Position numbers and translations under genes: made by a program. This document shows positions 25,040-37,619 of a DNA stretch of 64,000 nt, piece after piece. How positions within the stretch are numbered: the stretch's first letter is position 1; each line of letters begins with the position of its first letter. The notes beneath the pieces are model-generated. The model saw only the letters and a list, made by a program, of their open reading frames with translations, searched no databases and was not told where the DNA came from. The DNA comes from Vicugna vicugna (taxonomy: Eukaryota): NCBI GenBank assembly GCA_013265495.1, contig MU058423.1, forward strand, positions 9,781,627 through 9,845,626. The letters run 5' to 3'.

Positions 25040-25610
25040 ATTCTCTTTCCCCACCTTCTCTCTCTGCCATATTCTGTTTGCTCTTCATACTTACCTTGAA
25101 TGCAATCTCCTCTGGGAAGTCTTCACATATACCTGCTCAGGTAGAATCTTAATCTCTCCCTCGTGTTGCTGTTCTACTTCCTATAGGTCTTTCATGTCCC
25201 TTAGCATCTTTTACTGTGCATGTGTTTCTCTGTCTTCCGAGATGCACCAACTTAGGCATCTTCACAGAGGGACTGTGTTAGTTATTTTTTTTCACCCTGC
25301 ATATTCCTGATATATGACATGGTTTTCAATATGTGCTCAATAAATGAACAAATGCTCAATAAATGAACAAATGCAATAAATGAACAAATGCAATAAAAAA
25401 ATGAACAAATTGCTTTGTAACATTTATCACAATTGAAAGTAAATAAATCCTTTTGTGTAATTCATTACAGATTCCACTTTTCTTTTAGCAAATGTCTCCC
25501 TCATTAGATAGTAAGCTTCATGGTCAGAGATCATGTCAGTCTTGTTTAACACTGTATCTTTAGGGGCCGGCACAGAAGAACTCATTAATAAATATTTATT
25601 GAATAAATTG
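25040..25610 (+). mobile_element. Two L2 3' ends, the first with an expanded tandem tail
   Basis: L2-type tails at 25334-25409 and ttaataaatatttattgaataaa at ~25585-25608. Confidence 0.6.
25334..25409 (+). repeat. Minisatellite, four 17-21 bp units of tgc(tc)aataaatgaacaaa
   Basis: Directly visible tandem units. Confidence 0.9.
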
Positions 25611-25817
25611 ATATCATTTGTATTATAAGTTAATATTATAATTAATATTAATGTTGTGATGAGATGATAGCAAATATTCATATTAATGTTTTGCATGAAA
25701 GAATTGCATAGAGAAATATAAAGGACCATTAGACACATAGGAAAAGAAATCATATTGTCTTATAATATTTTCCAGATTAAAATTCTTTATCTTAAAAGTC
25801 ATGGAAAGACTGTGACC

Positions 25818-27124
25818 TGCTAGAACACTCCCTTACACCATACACAAAAATAAACTCAAAATGGATCAAAGACTTAAACATAAGACAAGATACAATAAAC
25901 CTCCTAGAAGAAAATATAGGCAAAACATTATCTGACATACATCTCAAAAATGTTCTCCTAGAACACTCTACTTAAGCAACAGAAATAAAAGCAAGAATAA
26001 ACAAATGGGACCTAATGAAACTTACAAGCTTCTGCACAGCAAAGGAAACCAGAAGCAAAACAAAAAGACAACCTACGGAATGGGAGAACATTTTTGCGAA
26101 TGAAACCAACAAAGGGTTGATCTCCAGAATATATAAGCAGCTCATACGACTTAATAAGAAACAACGAAACAACCCAATCCAAAAATGGGCAGAAGACCTA
26201 AACAAGCAACTCTCCAAGGAAGACATACAAATGATCAATAGGCACATGAAAAAATGTGCAATATCACTAATTATCAGAGAAATGCAAATCAAAACTACAA
26301 TGAGGTATCACCTCACACCAGTCAGAATGGCCATCATTCAAAAATCCACAAATGACAAATGCTGGAGAGGCTGTGGAGAAAGGGGAACCCTCCTACACTG
26401 CTGGTGGGAATGCAGTTTGGTGCAGCCACTATGGAAAACAGTGTGGAGATTCCTCAAAAGACTAGGAATAGACTTACCATTTGACCCAGGAATCCCGCTC
26501 CTGGGCATATATCCAGAAGGAACCCTACTTCAAAATGACACCTGCACCAGCACTATCTACAATAGCCAAGACATGGAGATAGCCTAATGTCCATCAACGA
26601 TGACTGGATAAAGAAGAGGTGGTATATTTATACAATGGAATACTACTCAGCCATAAAAACCGACAACATCACGCCATTTGCAGCAACATGGATGCTGCTG
26701 GAGAATGTCATTCTAAGTGAAGTAAGCCAGAAAGAGAAAGAAAAATACCATATGAGATCACTCATATGTGGAATAAAAAAAAAAACAAACAAACAAGGCA
26801 TAAATACAAAACAGAAATAGACTCATAGACACAGAATGAAAACTTGTGGTTGCCAAGGGGGCGGAGGGTGAGAAGGGATAGATGGGATTTCAAAATTGTA
26901 GAATAGATAAACAAGATTATACTGTATAGCACAGGGAAATATATGCAAGATCTTATGGTAGCTCACAGAGAAAAAAATGTGACAATGAATATATATATGT
27001 TCATGTATAACTGAAAAATTGTGCTCTATGCTGGAATTTGACACAACATTGAAAAATGATTATAAGTCAATAAAAATGTTAAAAAAAAAGATGAAGCACA
27101 AATTTAAAATGTAAAAAAAAAAAA
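25818..27124 (+). mobile_element. Relatively young 5'-truncated LINE-1 (ORF2 C-terminal domain, 3' UTR, poly-A)
   Basis: ORF 26015-26587 carries the CCHC-region [15 protein letters not shown]; a ~14-nt deletion near 26548 (relative to 41728-41741) shifts the frame; TSD aaagactgtgacc 25805-25817 / aaagactgtaacc 27125-27137. Confidence 0.97.
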
Positions 27125-27839
27125 AAAGACTGTAACCACAGGAAGAGATGTCCTTCAGCAAAGTAATATTTTTATTTTCCTTTAAGTCAAAATAGGATGA
27201 GTAATCGAACCATAAAACATTTATATGATGCATATAAATAGGTTGTTAGCAATAGAAACATCAGCCAACAGGTTTACCCTGTCAACAGAAATTTATTAAC
27301 ATGACAAATAGATAAAATAACATATCACGTGAGCCATAATCCTGCTTCATTTTCATTTCAGTGGCCACTTTCAGAAGAAATTTTATCATCATTGCATTTA
27401 AATGTTTCCTTATTGAATATTTAGAGTAGTTTTTAACAAGAGTTTTCAGGGTGATCAAAAGTTTTTAAGCAGCATTCCAGTGGAATGTATCCAGAGTAGC
27501 ACTTTTTTGAAGGGAAAATAATTCTGAAAATATAGAAATTACAGCTTCTCCATGAACGTGACAGGAAAGATAGAGATGTCATTGCTGAATAAGGGACTAG
27601 CCATAAGTCACCAGTAAGTCACTGTTGTTAATATATTATCTACTGTATTTAATCTATGATCATATACAATATAATAGAATGAATAACTGCAAACGTAGAT
27701 CCTAATAATAACCTCCCAGTAAACATTTAATTTAAAATAAATCTGTCTAGATCCTATTAAGAACAATTTTAAAACTTAATTGTAAACCCTCTTTGGAAAA
27801 CTTGTTAAGATTATTAGTTCTAATAATATAATATTTCTT

Positions 27840-28080
27840 TGAGAATTCACTATGCCTCGGGCACTGTTTTAAGCAACTTACACACATTGCTTCATTATTT
27901 GATCTGTACAATGACCTATGAAGTAGGTACTATTATTACTTAGCATTTGATTAAAAAGATCTAAGGCTGACAGCGGTCAGTGACGCGGCCTGAGTGACCA
28001 AAGCCAGCAGTGGCAGAGTTGGAACTTGAAATCAGTTTTGTCTGGCACGGTGGATTTTAACCACTGTGCTCTATTCTGTA
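27840..28080 (-). mobile_element. MIR SINE
   Basis: ggcactgttttaagc...cctatgaagtaggtactattattac...gtggcagagttggaacttgaa...ttaaccactgtgct. Confidence 0.8.
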
Positions 28081-28084
28081 GAAC

Positions 28085-28730
28085 TGATGCGGGAAAACAG
28101 ATGTGGGGCGTGAGAAGGGCCATGTCCCAGGCGTAGGTTGGGCCCCTGGGACGTGCCCAGCCAAGTGTGGGTCCTTGGCTTCGCACAGGAAAGAATTCAA
28201 GAGCAAGCGATAGTTGAGTAAAGGTAGATTTATTCAGAGAGGTACATTGAAAGGCAAGAGAAAGGCCACGAGGTGTGGGGGTCAGGTGCTCAGATTAAAA
28301 AAAGTAGGTACACACTCCATAGACAGAGTGCGGGCCATCTCTGAGGCGGAGAGACAGGGAAAGGCCGCTGCGAGGCACCGAGCCACCTTGTTGTTGGTTT
28401 TTTTGGGCTTGGTGGCTTCATATGCTAATAAGTGGAAGGACCAGTCTAAGTAGCCTGGAGAAGGGGCTGGGATTCCCAGGAAGTTGGCTGTTTCCCACTC
28501 TTGACCTTTTGTGGCCAGCCTTGGGACTGCCTTGGTGCCTGTGGGCGTGTTATTCACCATGTTAATATATTACAGTGAGTGCATAATAAAGCTCAAGATC
28601 TACTAGAAGTTAAATCTCTTACCATCCTGAGCCTCAAGGCCTCCTGGGGGTTGAATCTTCCACCATTTTGATGTTAATTGCTGTAGCATTCCTTGAATGG
28701 CTGTGCCCTGCCCACTTCCATCCTGTCTCG
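28085..28730 (-). mobile_element. MER41-like ERV1 solo LTR
   Basis: Perfect 4-bp TSD GAAC (28081-28084 / 28731-28734); homologous in inverted orientation to 32439-32920 (shared cttgaattctttcctgtg, ttctagtaga.cttgagc, gagacagga). Confidence 0.85.
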
Positions 28731-29539
28731 GAACGAACTGGCGGTGTAAGGAACAGGGTCTGTCTGAAATCTTGGTCAGGAGACTATTACAAATATATCT
28801 GAATTTGAATGTATTGAATACATTTTGGCATGGGGCATCGCTTTACAGCTCTTTGCATCTTTGCGTTTCTCATTAATCTTTATTGCCTGATTACCCAGCT
28901 TACTACCGTTAGTTGATCTCCCTGGTCACAGAAGACACTTGATTCTGAGACTCCTGTTTTATCACATCTAAGATACACAATAAAATAGTAAATGTGGGAG
29001 TCTGGGGTGAAGAAGAGAGAGCCCAGGAGCAATAAGGTGAGTTGAAGGTCCAGCTAAAGTGCTCTCGTGCAGCCCTAAATGACGCCTGTGTCTGTATCTC
29101 TCTGTATCCAGCAACCTCTCCATCTAAATTGGCTTTTAGTGCGGACCTCATTCAGTTTTGACATCATGTATGTAGCGATTTTTATATGCAGATACTTCAA
29201 TTTGGGGTTTACAAAAAATGGAGCTGATTTAGAGGACACAGATCTTGCCCAGAGGCATTTTGCTATCTAGATTAGGGGACATCTGGTAGTAAGTAACTGA
29301 ATAAAAGTACTATAATAAGAAATGTGAGTATAATCTGAGGATACAGAGCTTTATAATAGAAAAAACCCAGGCTCTGGTGTCAGAATGACCTGAATAAAAA
29401 TCCCAGCGTTTCTATTTAAAACTCTCACCTCTGGAAAATACCTTAACCATTCTGTTTTACTTTTGGCCTGTCTGGGGATGAGAGTGGCAATGTATTCCTT
29501 CCCAGGAAGAGCTCATGAAGCTCCGAAATGAGTTCACTA

Positions 29540-30700
29540 AACTTTTTTGTACCTCTACTTTCTGATGGGTGTAAAAACTGTGATTTTCTATAGTTCATGG
29601 TCTTTTCTTTTGAAATGTCCTTTCCGCTTTTAGGGACATGAAATGACTTTCATTTTTAATATCGTATTTTGGGGTTCTAGAATTTTCTTTTCTTTTCTTT
29701 TCTTTTTTTTTGCTAAAATTTCCTATCTGTTCATGCCTATTATACACCTTTTATACTGAATATGTTCATATTTTTATAACAGTTATTTTAAAATTCGTGT
29801 CTGTTACTTCTAATCTCTGGAACATCTTTGAACCTGTTTCTATTGAGCATTCTTTCTTTTCAGAATAGGTCACATTTTTGTGCTTCTTTGCCTGTCTTGT
29901 GACTTGTATTCTGGATATTGGTATAAAAGAATAATGGATATTGAAGTAAGTGATATTTATCACCATTAAAGGGCATGTTCTTTCCTATAATTTATAGTTG
30001 AACTAAATCCAGAAGTGGTTATAGTTTGGGTAAATTTCAGAAGACCATTGGTTCCAAATAATTTGAGAGTCTAATTAAGACTGTCCTTTCAGCAGGATTT
30101 GGGATTTAAGCACCAATAAAAATCTTGAAACATCTCAGTGCTTTATAGTCCTGCTTGTTAGGGCACCAGAAAGCTCCTTCTGCACTCCAGCCCTACTCCC
30201 AGCTTTCATCATTTCAGAGATCTCTGTCTGTCCTCTCTCTCTCAACTTACCCCTCGGTGAGCTCTGCCACACACACAGCATAGCCTCCATAAACTTTGTG
30301 GGGCTTCCTTCAGCTCTCCGGTGGTTTCCCAGCCTTTATCCTGCGTACCAGTAAAGATCCCATGGAGAAGAATTGGGAGGTGGGTGACTTGCTCTACACT
30401 TGGAGGTCCTTAAGATTCTAATCTGCTGTATCAACCTACATGATGCCTTTAAAAGCTTGGCTGGTTTCTCCTTACCCTGCAAACTCACCATCAATGTTGG
30501 GCTTGCATTGTCTTCTCATAGCAGGAGACCTAGGAGGACCATGAAAAACTCTGAAGTTAAGTTCCATTTATTTTTTTGTGTATCGCACCTCTCTGATGGA
30601 TGTAAAAAAACTCTGATCTTTGTAGTTTATCCATCTTTTTAGCTGTTCTTTTGGGAGCAATAATCTCTTGTGACTTCGTATGTTCTACCTGCGTGAGGAT
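29540..30700 (-). mobile_element. Old L1 5' region/ORF1-proximal fragments, splitting a MIR
   Basis: T-rich antisense text (tttttataacagttattttaaaattcgtgtctgttacttctaatctctgg); MIR halves at ~29340-29530 and ~30700-30830. Confidence 0.6.
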
Positions 30701-32438
30701 ATCTTACCTTAACCATTCTTAGTTACTATTTTGTCACCTCTGAAAAGGGGAATTTTGTGAAGATTTAAGATAGCACATGAAGATTACTTAGCATGGTGCC
30801 TGACATTGTTAGGGCTTAATAATTATTACTGTCCTTTCTCCATTAGGTTCGGATGTCAAGTTAAAAAAAAATAGATAAACAGCTGTGTGGGCTTTGCCTG
30901 AATATCATTTGGAAGGTGTTAGGTTTTGAAGACAATGAGCACAGATTGGCAGAAAGGAATGAGAAAACGAGTCTTTGCTTCGTTTATTTCTTTTAACCAG
31001 TGTTTGTGCAATGTTCATTTGTCAACTGGGCTTATGATAGGATTTGTTCTTAAGGAGACTTCGTAACCAGAGATCTTGTGCTCACCTATTAATTTTTTAA
31101 TCCTGTTAATGTATCCACTACATTCTACAGAAACAAAGACCGTTATTTGCCCTTAGGGGGTTGTTTAAAAGGAAATGGGAGATGAAGTGGAAGTTGTGGA
31201 AACAAAACGGAAACTGATAAAAGGAAAATTAAACTAAGGAGCAAAACAAGCACAATGGGAAGCAAATGAGATGAGGGAAGACTGTCCACAATCAAGGACA
31301 GCAGACAATGGCTGACGATGTTTCTGTCTTAAGGAAGGAAATGAATTTATAAACATCTCCTGGATGTATGCCAGAGGAGAGTTATGGATCATTGATAGGA
31401 TTCACACCTGGAAGAATGAATTGGCTTACTGAGGAGTGGGGAAAAGATCAAAAGAGAAGCTACATTGTCAGTTACACTTAACCCTGCTTGAGTTTCCTCT
31501 TGATGGTTTGCATTTACTCAGACCAAAAACAGTCTTTTTGTTCAAACTGCTTTTCTCTCACCAGGATAGCCAGATGGGTGACCCAATAGGAAGATAAAGT
31601 AACCCTTTATGTATTAAGAGATTGTTGTTGCACAAAATAATTACGTTTTGAGGTATGTGAATTTTCATAGCTTCCAATTTCATTGTAAATACATGATTGA
31701 TAGAAACAAGAGAAAGACAGGAAATTAAAAAGCAAAGCAAAAAACAAGAAGAGAGTCTCTTGCTCATTTTATTTGAGTCAGTTACAAACTAAAACCTCCA
31801 TGAATTGAAATCCCATGGGAGTGCGAGCGGGACTGAATTTATCCATTTGTAATCTTGACCTATCAGCTATTACGTGAGGCTGCCCAGCTGCTGGCAAAGT
31901 CAGTCCTTGCTCTCTGGAGGCAGCTGCTGGGCTCTCATCGTCCGGCCTACAATTTATGCTTAATCTGGGAGCATTTGACTTAGAGAAACAAATCAAAACA
32001 AAAAACAAACCAAAAAAACCTCACAAACCTTGAAGTGTATATAGAGACCGGGTATTTTATTTATCCAAAAGGCACTTTCTTTCATGCATGAGAATTATGC
32101 TGTGCCATCAGGCATGGCAACCATTTTATATCTCTTCCTTCTTCCTTCATTTCCTGAATCTCCATGGGCGGAAACATTCCATCAGAAGTCTGTATCTCCA
32201 TATAATTCTCTAAAATTTGGAATTAAGCCTTTTGATGGTATGATTTTTTTTTTGCTGAATATCACACCATATATATATATTTTTAAATTACACTAATTAT
32301 TTCTTGCTATTTTATAGGTTTATGGTAATCACTACACTAGGAAATAAAAATATACCCTGAGTGTTTTGTCACCAACTTTGCTAACTATTTCATAACTTAC
32401 CCACCTCAGTCTATTTGAAACCAAAACCATGGTCCTGT

Positions 32439-32920
32439 TGAGACAGGAGGGAAGGGGTCAAGGCACAATCATTAAGAGAATGACATAGCTGTTGAGGAAA
32501 CGACATAAACTGGTTAGAACCAACGAAGGCCAAGATGGTGGAAAATCTGACTTCTAGTAGACCTTGAGCCTCATTGTAGGCTCACTGTAATGTATTTGCA
32601 TGCTAAATGATACACCCACAGGTGCCCTGACAGTTCCCAGGCTGACCATAAAAGGCCAAAAGTGGGTTGTGGGCCCGATTCCTGGAAATCTTTGCCCCTT
32701 CCCTAAAACAGTTGGAATAATCACCACAGTTGTTAGCACATGGAAATTACCCAGCCCATAAAAACTAACCACCCCCACACCCTGGGGCTGCTCTCTTTGC
32801 TAAGATGACTGCATTCTGTCTATGGAACGTGCATCACTCTAAGTAAACTTGCTTTCACTTTACTATGGCTGGCTCTTGAATTCTTTCCTGTGTGAGACAA
32901 GAACCTACTCTCCAGTAACA
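32439..32920 (+). mobile_element. MER41-like ERV1 solo LTR
   Basis: tgagacagg...gtaaca termini; CCTG on both sides (32434-32437, 32921-32924); octamer-like atttgcat; GAS motif at 32679. Confidence 0.85.
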
Positions 32921-33849
32921 CCTGGCTTACCTGCATCCCAACACTTAGCACATTGTATTTTAATTGCGAGATGTGACCATATAGTAAAAAATACATGGGC
33001 CTTGATATCAGAACACCAGCTCAACTATTTGTTGTTTGACATTAGGCAAGTCACTCTAAAATTCATTCCATTTACTTATAAAATGGGCACAGTAATAACA
33101 AGTTTTCTGTTGTACAGTTTCAGCCCTGGGTAGAATGGAGTTAGTGCCAAGCAGAAGTAGATGGCACTGGACTGGCTGCTTTAAGATTTTTTTTCTGTTC
33201 ATCTTGATTCAGATTCTTTCCCATATCAATTTATCAATTTCTAAGCTTTTGGGGTCAAACAGGGCTGACTAGACCTTCTTCCAAAAAGTAGCAGCACTGG
33301 CCTTACTTCTATCTCACCTCCAGGGAAGATCTACATTTAAAAAGAGATTTGGTGCCCCATGTTTAATCTGTGTTTCTCCTTTGAAAAACAGGATCTATAT
33401 ATTGTACAGTATACCTCTATTTTTTATTCTGCATCATCTATTTTATCTACAATCGCTTTTATTTCTGTGTTCTAGGAAAGCATGTCAAATTTTTCTTGGC
33501 CATTGACTTGCCTTCCTGTAGCTTCATTTCAGTGGCTTATGACCTCAACTATAAATTTAAATTGTTGATATTTCATCTGAAGTTTTCTAGTATTTTAAAG
33601 TTATTTCAGCCTGTTTATATTTACTTAGACGTCATCCTTGAAATTCTCAGTTATTTTATTGAACTGATACTGGTTCTTGACCAATTCTAATTGTGAGATT
33701 AAGATTAAGACAATTATTTAAAATTTAACGTTCACAAATTAATGTTACTTGTGAAAGTTACAATATATAAGTTTCAACGTTTATGTGGACAAAAGGGGGT
33801 ATTGTAATTTATACACCTTAATGTCTTAAAATGATGTTTTTATGGTACA

Positions 33850-34290
33850 ACAATACTAAATGAGATAAAAGAAAATCTCCCAGAATATAAAGCACAAAGA
33901 CAAAAGTATAAAAAATGTAAGAGAGTGCTGAGACATAGAAAATCAAATAAGGAGGTCAAACATATATTTAAAAATATTTTCAGGGAAAGATAGGTGAGGC
34001 ATTAGTCAAAAAATAATACAAGAGATTTTACTAGAGATAAGGAAAAATGTGAGTATTGAGATTAAAAGTGTCAAGTAATATAAATAAAGAAAACCCACAC
34101 TTAGGCATACACTCCTAATTTTTTTTCAAACCAGGAATAAAGAGAAGATTCTAAAAGCTTACAAAAAGAGAAAAGAATAAAACCAATTATCTATAAAAAA
34201 AGTGACATGTGGGATTACACCATGCTTCTCAACAGCAACGCCGGCTGATAAAAGACGACAAGACATGCTTCACTGAAAAAGTTTTAGGAT
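33850..34290 (+). mobile_element. Ancient L1 ORF1 remnant
   Basis: aaaacccacacttaggcatac, aagagaagattctaaaagct, cttctcaacagcaac. Confidence 0.6.
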
Positions 34291-35594
34291 ATTAGGAAAA
34301 TGAAACTTAAGCAAGAATGGGCACACAATTATAACACCTTACTTAGCTAGGCATCAGCTTCAAGGAGATGTTTTCGGCTAAGTTCCCAACTAACAATTGA
34401 CTTTCCTGTTAAAAGGTGGAAAATAAAACCCCCTCATTTACTTGAGAATGTCAGAGAGAATGCAGATATATAGATAAATACAGATTGCATCTCAGCCAGA
34501 AGATGAACGCCTTCACACCAAGAACTCTGATCAAAAGGGGGAAAGACTGAGAGCTGCTATATCATGAGACCTATTCTCAGTTAAGTATAAACCGAATGTC
34601 GGGGGAAAGCAAATCTTTTCACAGACTCTCTGTATGGAACTCATCACAAATGTATAAGAAAAGTCGTTAAAGTTTTAATCATCCCAAGGGACCTTAAAAG
34701 GTGACATGCAGCAATGAGATGGTTGGACACGAGACTGTGATGGAGCACATGAGAAGAAGAACAAGAAAACCAGAGCATCTCTAAGTTTCGAGGATCCCAC
34801 GTAATCTGTGTAGAGTTTCCCCTAGAACTCTGAGTAACATCGTAGATGCTAAATAATTCAAGCTTAAGATAATGTATAATAAACTTATTAGATCATAGTG
34901 TGTATTTGAAGAAGCCCGGAAGAATATATGCCAGAAAGCTATGAGTTATCTTTAAACTGTAAGCTTATGAACTATTTTTACGTTCTTCTTTGCATGTATT
35001 TATAAAGAGAATTAGATGCCTTTATATTCAGGAAAAATAAAGCAACTTTTTCAATGGATATAATAGAAATTAGAAGTGCTTTAATGATGACAAAACTATG
35101 CTATGTAAATTCAGGCTGCCATGATTAGTATATGGCTTAATATAGATGGAAGAGCTAAGTCTCGTCCAACTTAGTCCAAAAGAAAGCCGAAGAGATCAGT
35201 AGCAACCTGCAGTGTTTTTTGTTTTATCTTTACCAAGTGACAGAGCTAAGTTTACCTTACAGGTTCTGTTCCTATTGAGAAAAAAAATGCTGTGACAGCG
35301 TTTATGTGACCACAGCTCTGAAATGTGCAGTGAGACTCTCTGATTCACTGGAAAGCACCCAGTGCACACCGCCAGACATCAGCCGCGTTATTCCACTGTT
35401 AAGTTCGGGCTATTGGATATCACACGAAGCCTGAAGGCGTGGCTAGAGTTTCCAATGTGCTATTTGCAGGAGTCCCAGGTTCACCGGTTGACAGGTTCAC
35501 ATGTTCTGAACCAATCTCTGCAAAGAAAAACCAATCCATCTTTTCATTCAGGCAGAAGTTACAGGTCCCCCAACTTCTTCCATAGGTAAGTAGA

Positions 35595-35975
35595 AGTTTC
35601 AGCAGGGCACATTTCCCAGACTCCCACGCGGCTAGCTGTGGCCTTTTTTATGATGTTCTGGTCAATACAGAAGTGATGTGCACACTCTGGGAGCGGACAT
35701 GCTCTCCGTCTGTTCCTTTTCTCCTTTCTGTTTCCTGGAAGGCTGACATAGCAAAAATGAGCCATGTTGGACTAAACAAATGAGGGCAATGCCTGGGACC
35801 GCCGAGCAACGTGATGGCAGGAGCCTGGGTTTTCAACACGAGGCAGCTGCCTCGTCAGCACCACACTGTGTATGCCCAGACTATTACTTAAGTGGGAAAT
35901 ATATTTTTGTTTGATTGTTAAAGCTACTGTGATTTATTCCTCTATTATAGCATCTTACAAGTATTCTAAATAACA
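35595..35975 (+). mobile_element. ERVL LTR (LTR16-like)
   Basis: catttcccagactcccacgcggctagctgtggcc...gttctggtcaat...agaagtgatgtg...ttaaagctactgt. Confidence 0.6.
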
Positions 35976-37258
35976 CAATTTCAAAATTGATGGAGTAAGA
36001 AAGGAATTGCCTTTTTGTGGGATGGTCAGTTTATACACATATTCAAGGACTCACTATGAAATCAGTAGCGTGTTACATGCTACTCCCTCACCTGCCAGAA
36101 AGCTGCCATAGTCACTCATTATTTTAAAGTGTTGCAAACTTCATCATTTAAACATCAAGATTAGAGCTTGACAAAGAGGAGGCTTTTTTATATTCATCTG
36201 TTATTTTTTCCTCTCTCTCTTTCTTCAAGAAAATGCATATAAGCTACCAGTTGAATTATTATGGCTTGGTGAAAAGATAATCTAACCAAATATTCCCTGA
36301 AATGAGACACAACCCATTAGGACAGTACCCTAGGGCACCAAAGGTCATTGGCATTATAGAAGATTTTAATATCATTTTGTAGAAAAATTCTTCAATAGAA
36401 GCTGCAATCAATAGTCAATGCAGTTATTTTCTTGTAGAGGGTGAGTTCATATTCATGCACTCACTGCTTGAGGCACAAGGTAACTATTAATGTAAATCAA
36501 TTAATACAAAATAAGGGATTAAAACAATATATAAATGGTAATAAAATGTAGAGTCATATTGTGGGGATCTCTGGCATTAACAGAATAGCACTGGTGCAAC
36601 AATTTAGTTTTAATTAGTTTTGTTTTGAAAGTATTAGCTGACATTTTCTGCAGATATTTACATACATCAAGAACAGAATGATTACAAAAACAGCAATAAT
36701 GTCCAGTCCTCTCTCAATTTTTTTGCACTAATGAGGAATAGATGTAGCAGTGTTAAGCCAACATTTCTGATTGTCTTTAAATCATTTCTAATGGGATACA
36801 TTATTTGTTTTCAGGGATTAAAAAGTACAACAGATTTACCTTCCTAATTGTGTTTTGCTGAGACTAATATTAACATTAATTAGCATTCCATTTGCACCCA
36901 CCAGGAAAATTACTCTAGAATTTAAATTTGCCACATTTAAGCCACAATCAGATTGAGTAGATTTTTCTGTTTATATTAAAATTTTTAAATTTCCTCTGAG
37001 AGGGGGAAAAAAATCTTCCAAAATAACTTACATTTGAATAATTCAAATTTTCAGTCTCTTTTATAGCAATGTAGAAAATTTTTCTAGGATTTTACAGCTA
37101 GTGATGGTTCTTAAGACCCTTCCCCCCTCAAAAAGATCTAATAATCTCTTCTCACCACAAAATTTCTACTCGGTTCCTAGCTGGTCCCAAGTATATATAG
37201 CTAGATAATGACTGAATTTAAAATAACACAGGAGACCCCACTCTAACACCTTGGGAAC

Positions 37259-37619
37259 TATGACTTAGTATGTTATCTCGCTGGGGCCGGGTGGCTCAAC
37301 AATAGAAGCTTATTTTCTCACACTGCTGGGGCCTGGAAGTCTGAGATGGAGGTGCTGGCAGGGATGCTGTCTTCCAGGGCCCTCTTCTTGGCTTGATGGC
37401 TGTCCTCCTCCTCTGTCTTCACATGTTCTTTCCACGTGTGTCTGTGTCCCAGCCTCCTCTTCTTATAAGAATTCCAGCCATGTTGGATTAGGCTCTACCC
37501 TATAATGTTATTTTATTACCTTTTTAAAGGCTTTATCTCCAAATATAATCACATTCTGAGGTACTGGGGGGTCAGGACATCAACATATAAAATTGGGGGA
37601 TACTACTCTGGTCATAACA
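37259..37619 (-). mobile_element. MaLR LTR (MLT1A-C-like)
   Basis: ttattttctcacac..ctggggcctggaagtctgagat...tcacattctgaggtactgggg..caggacatcaacatat..cataaca. Confidence 0.85.

Noticed and set aside
25334..25409. CRISPR-like array
   Set aside because: Mammalian DNA, head-to-tail units with no spacers, derived from an L2 tail
26015..26820. Longest ORFs (190 aa and 77 aa) as a host gene
   Set aside because: L1 ORF2 C-terminus, 5'-truncated and frameshifted
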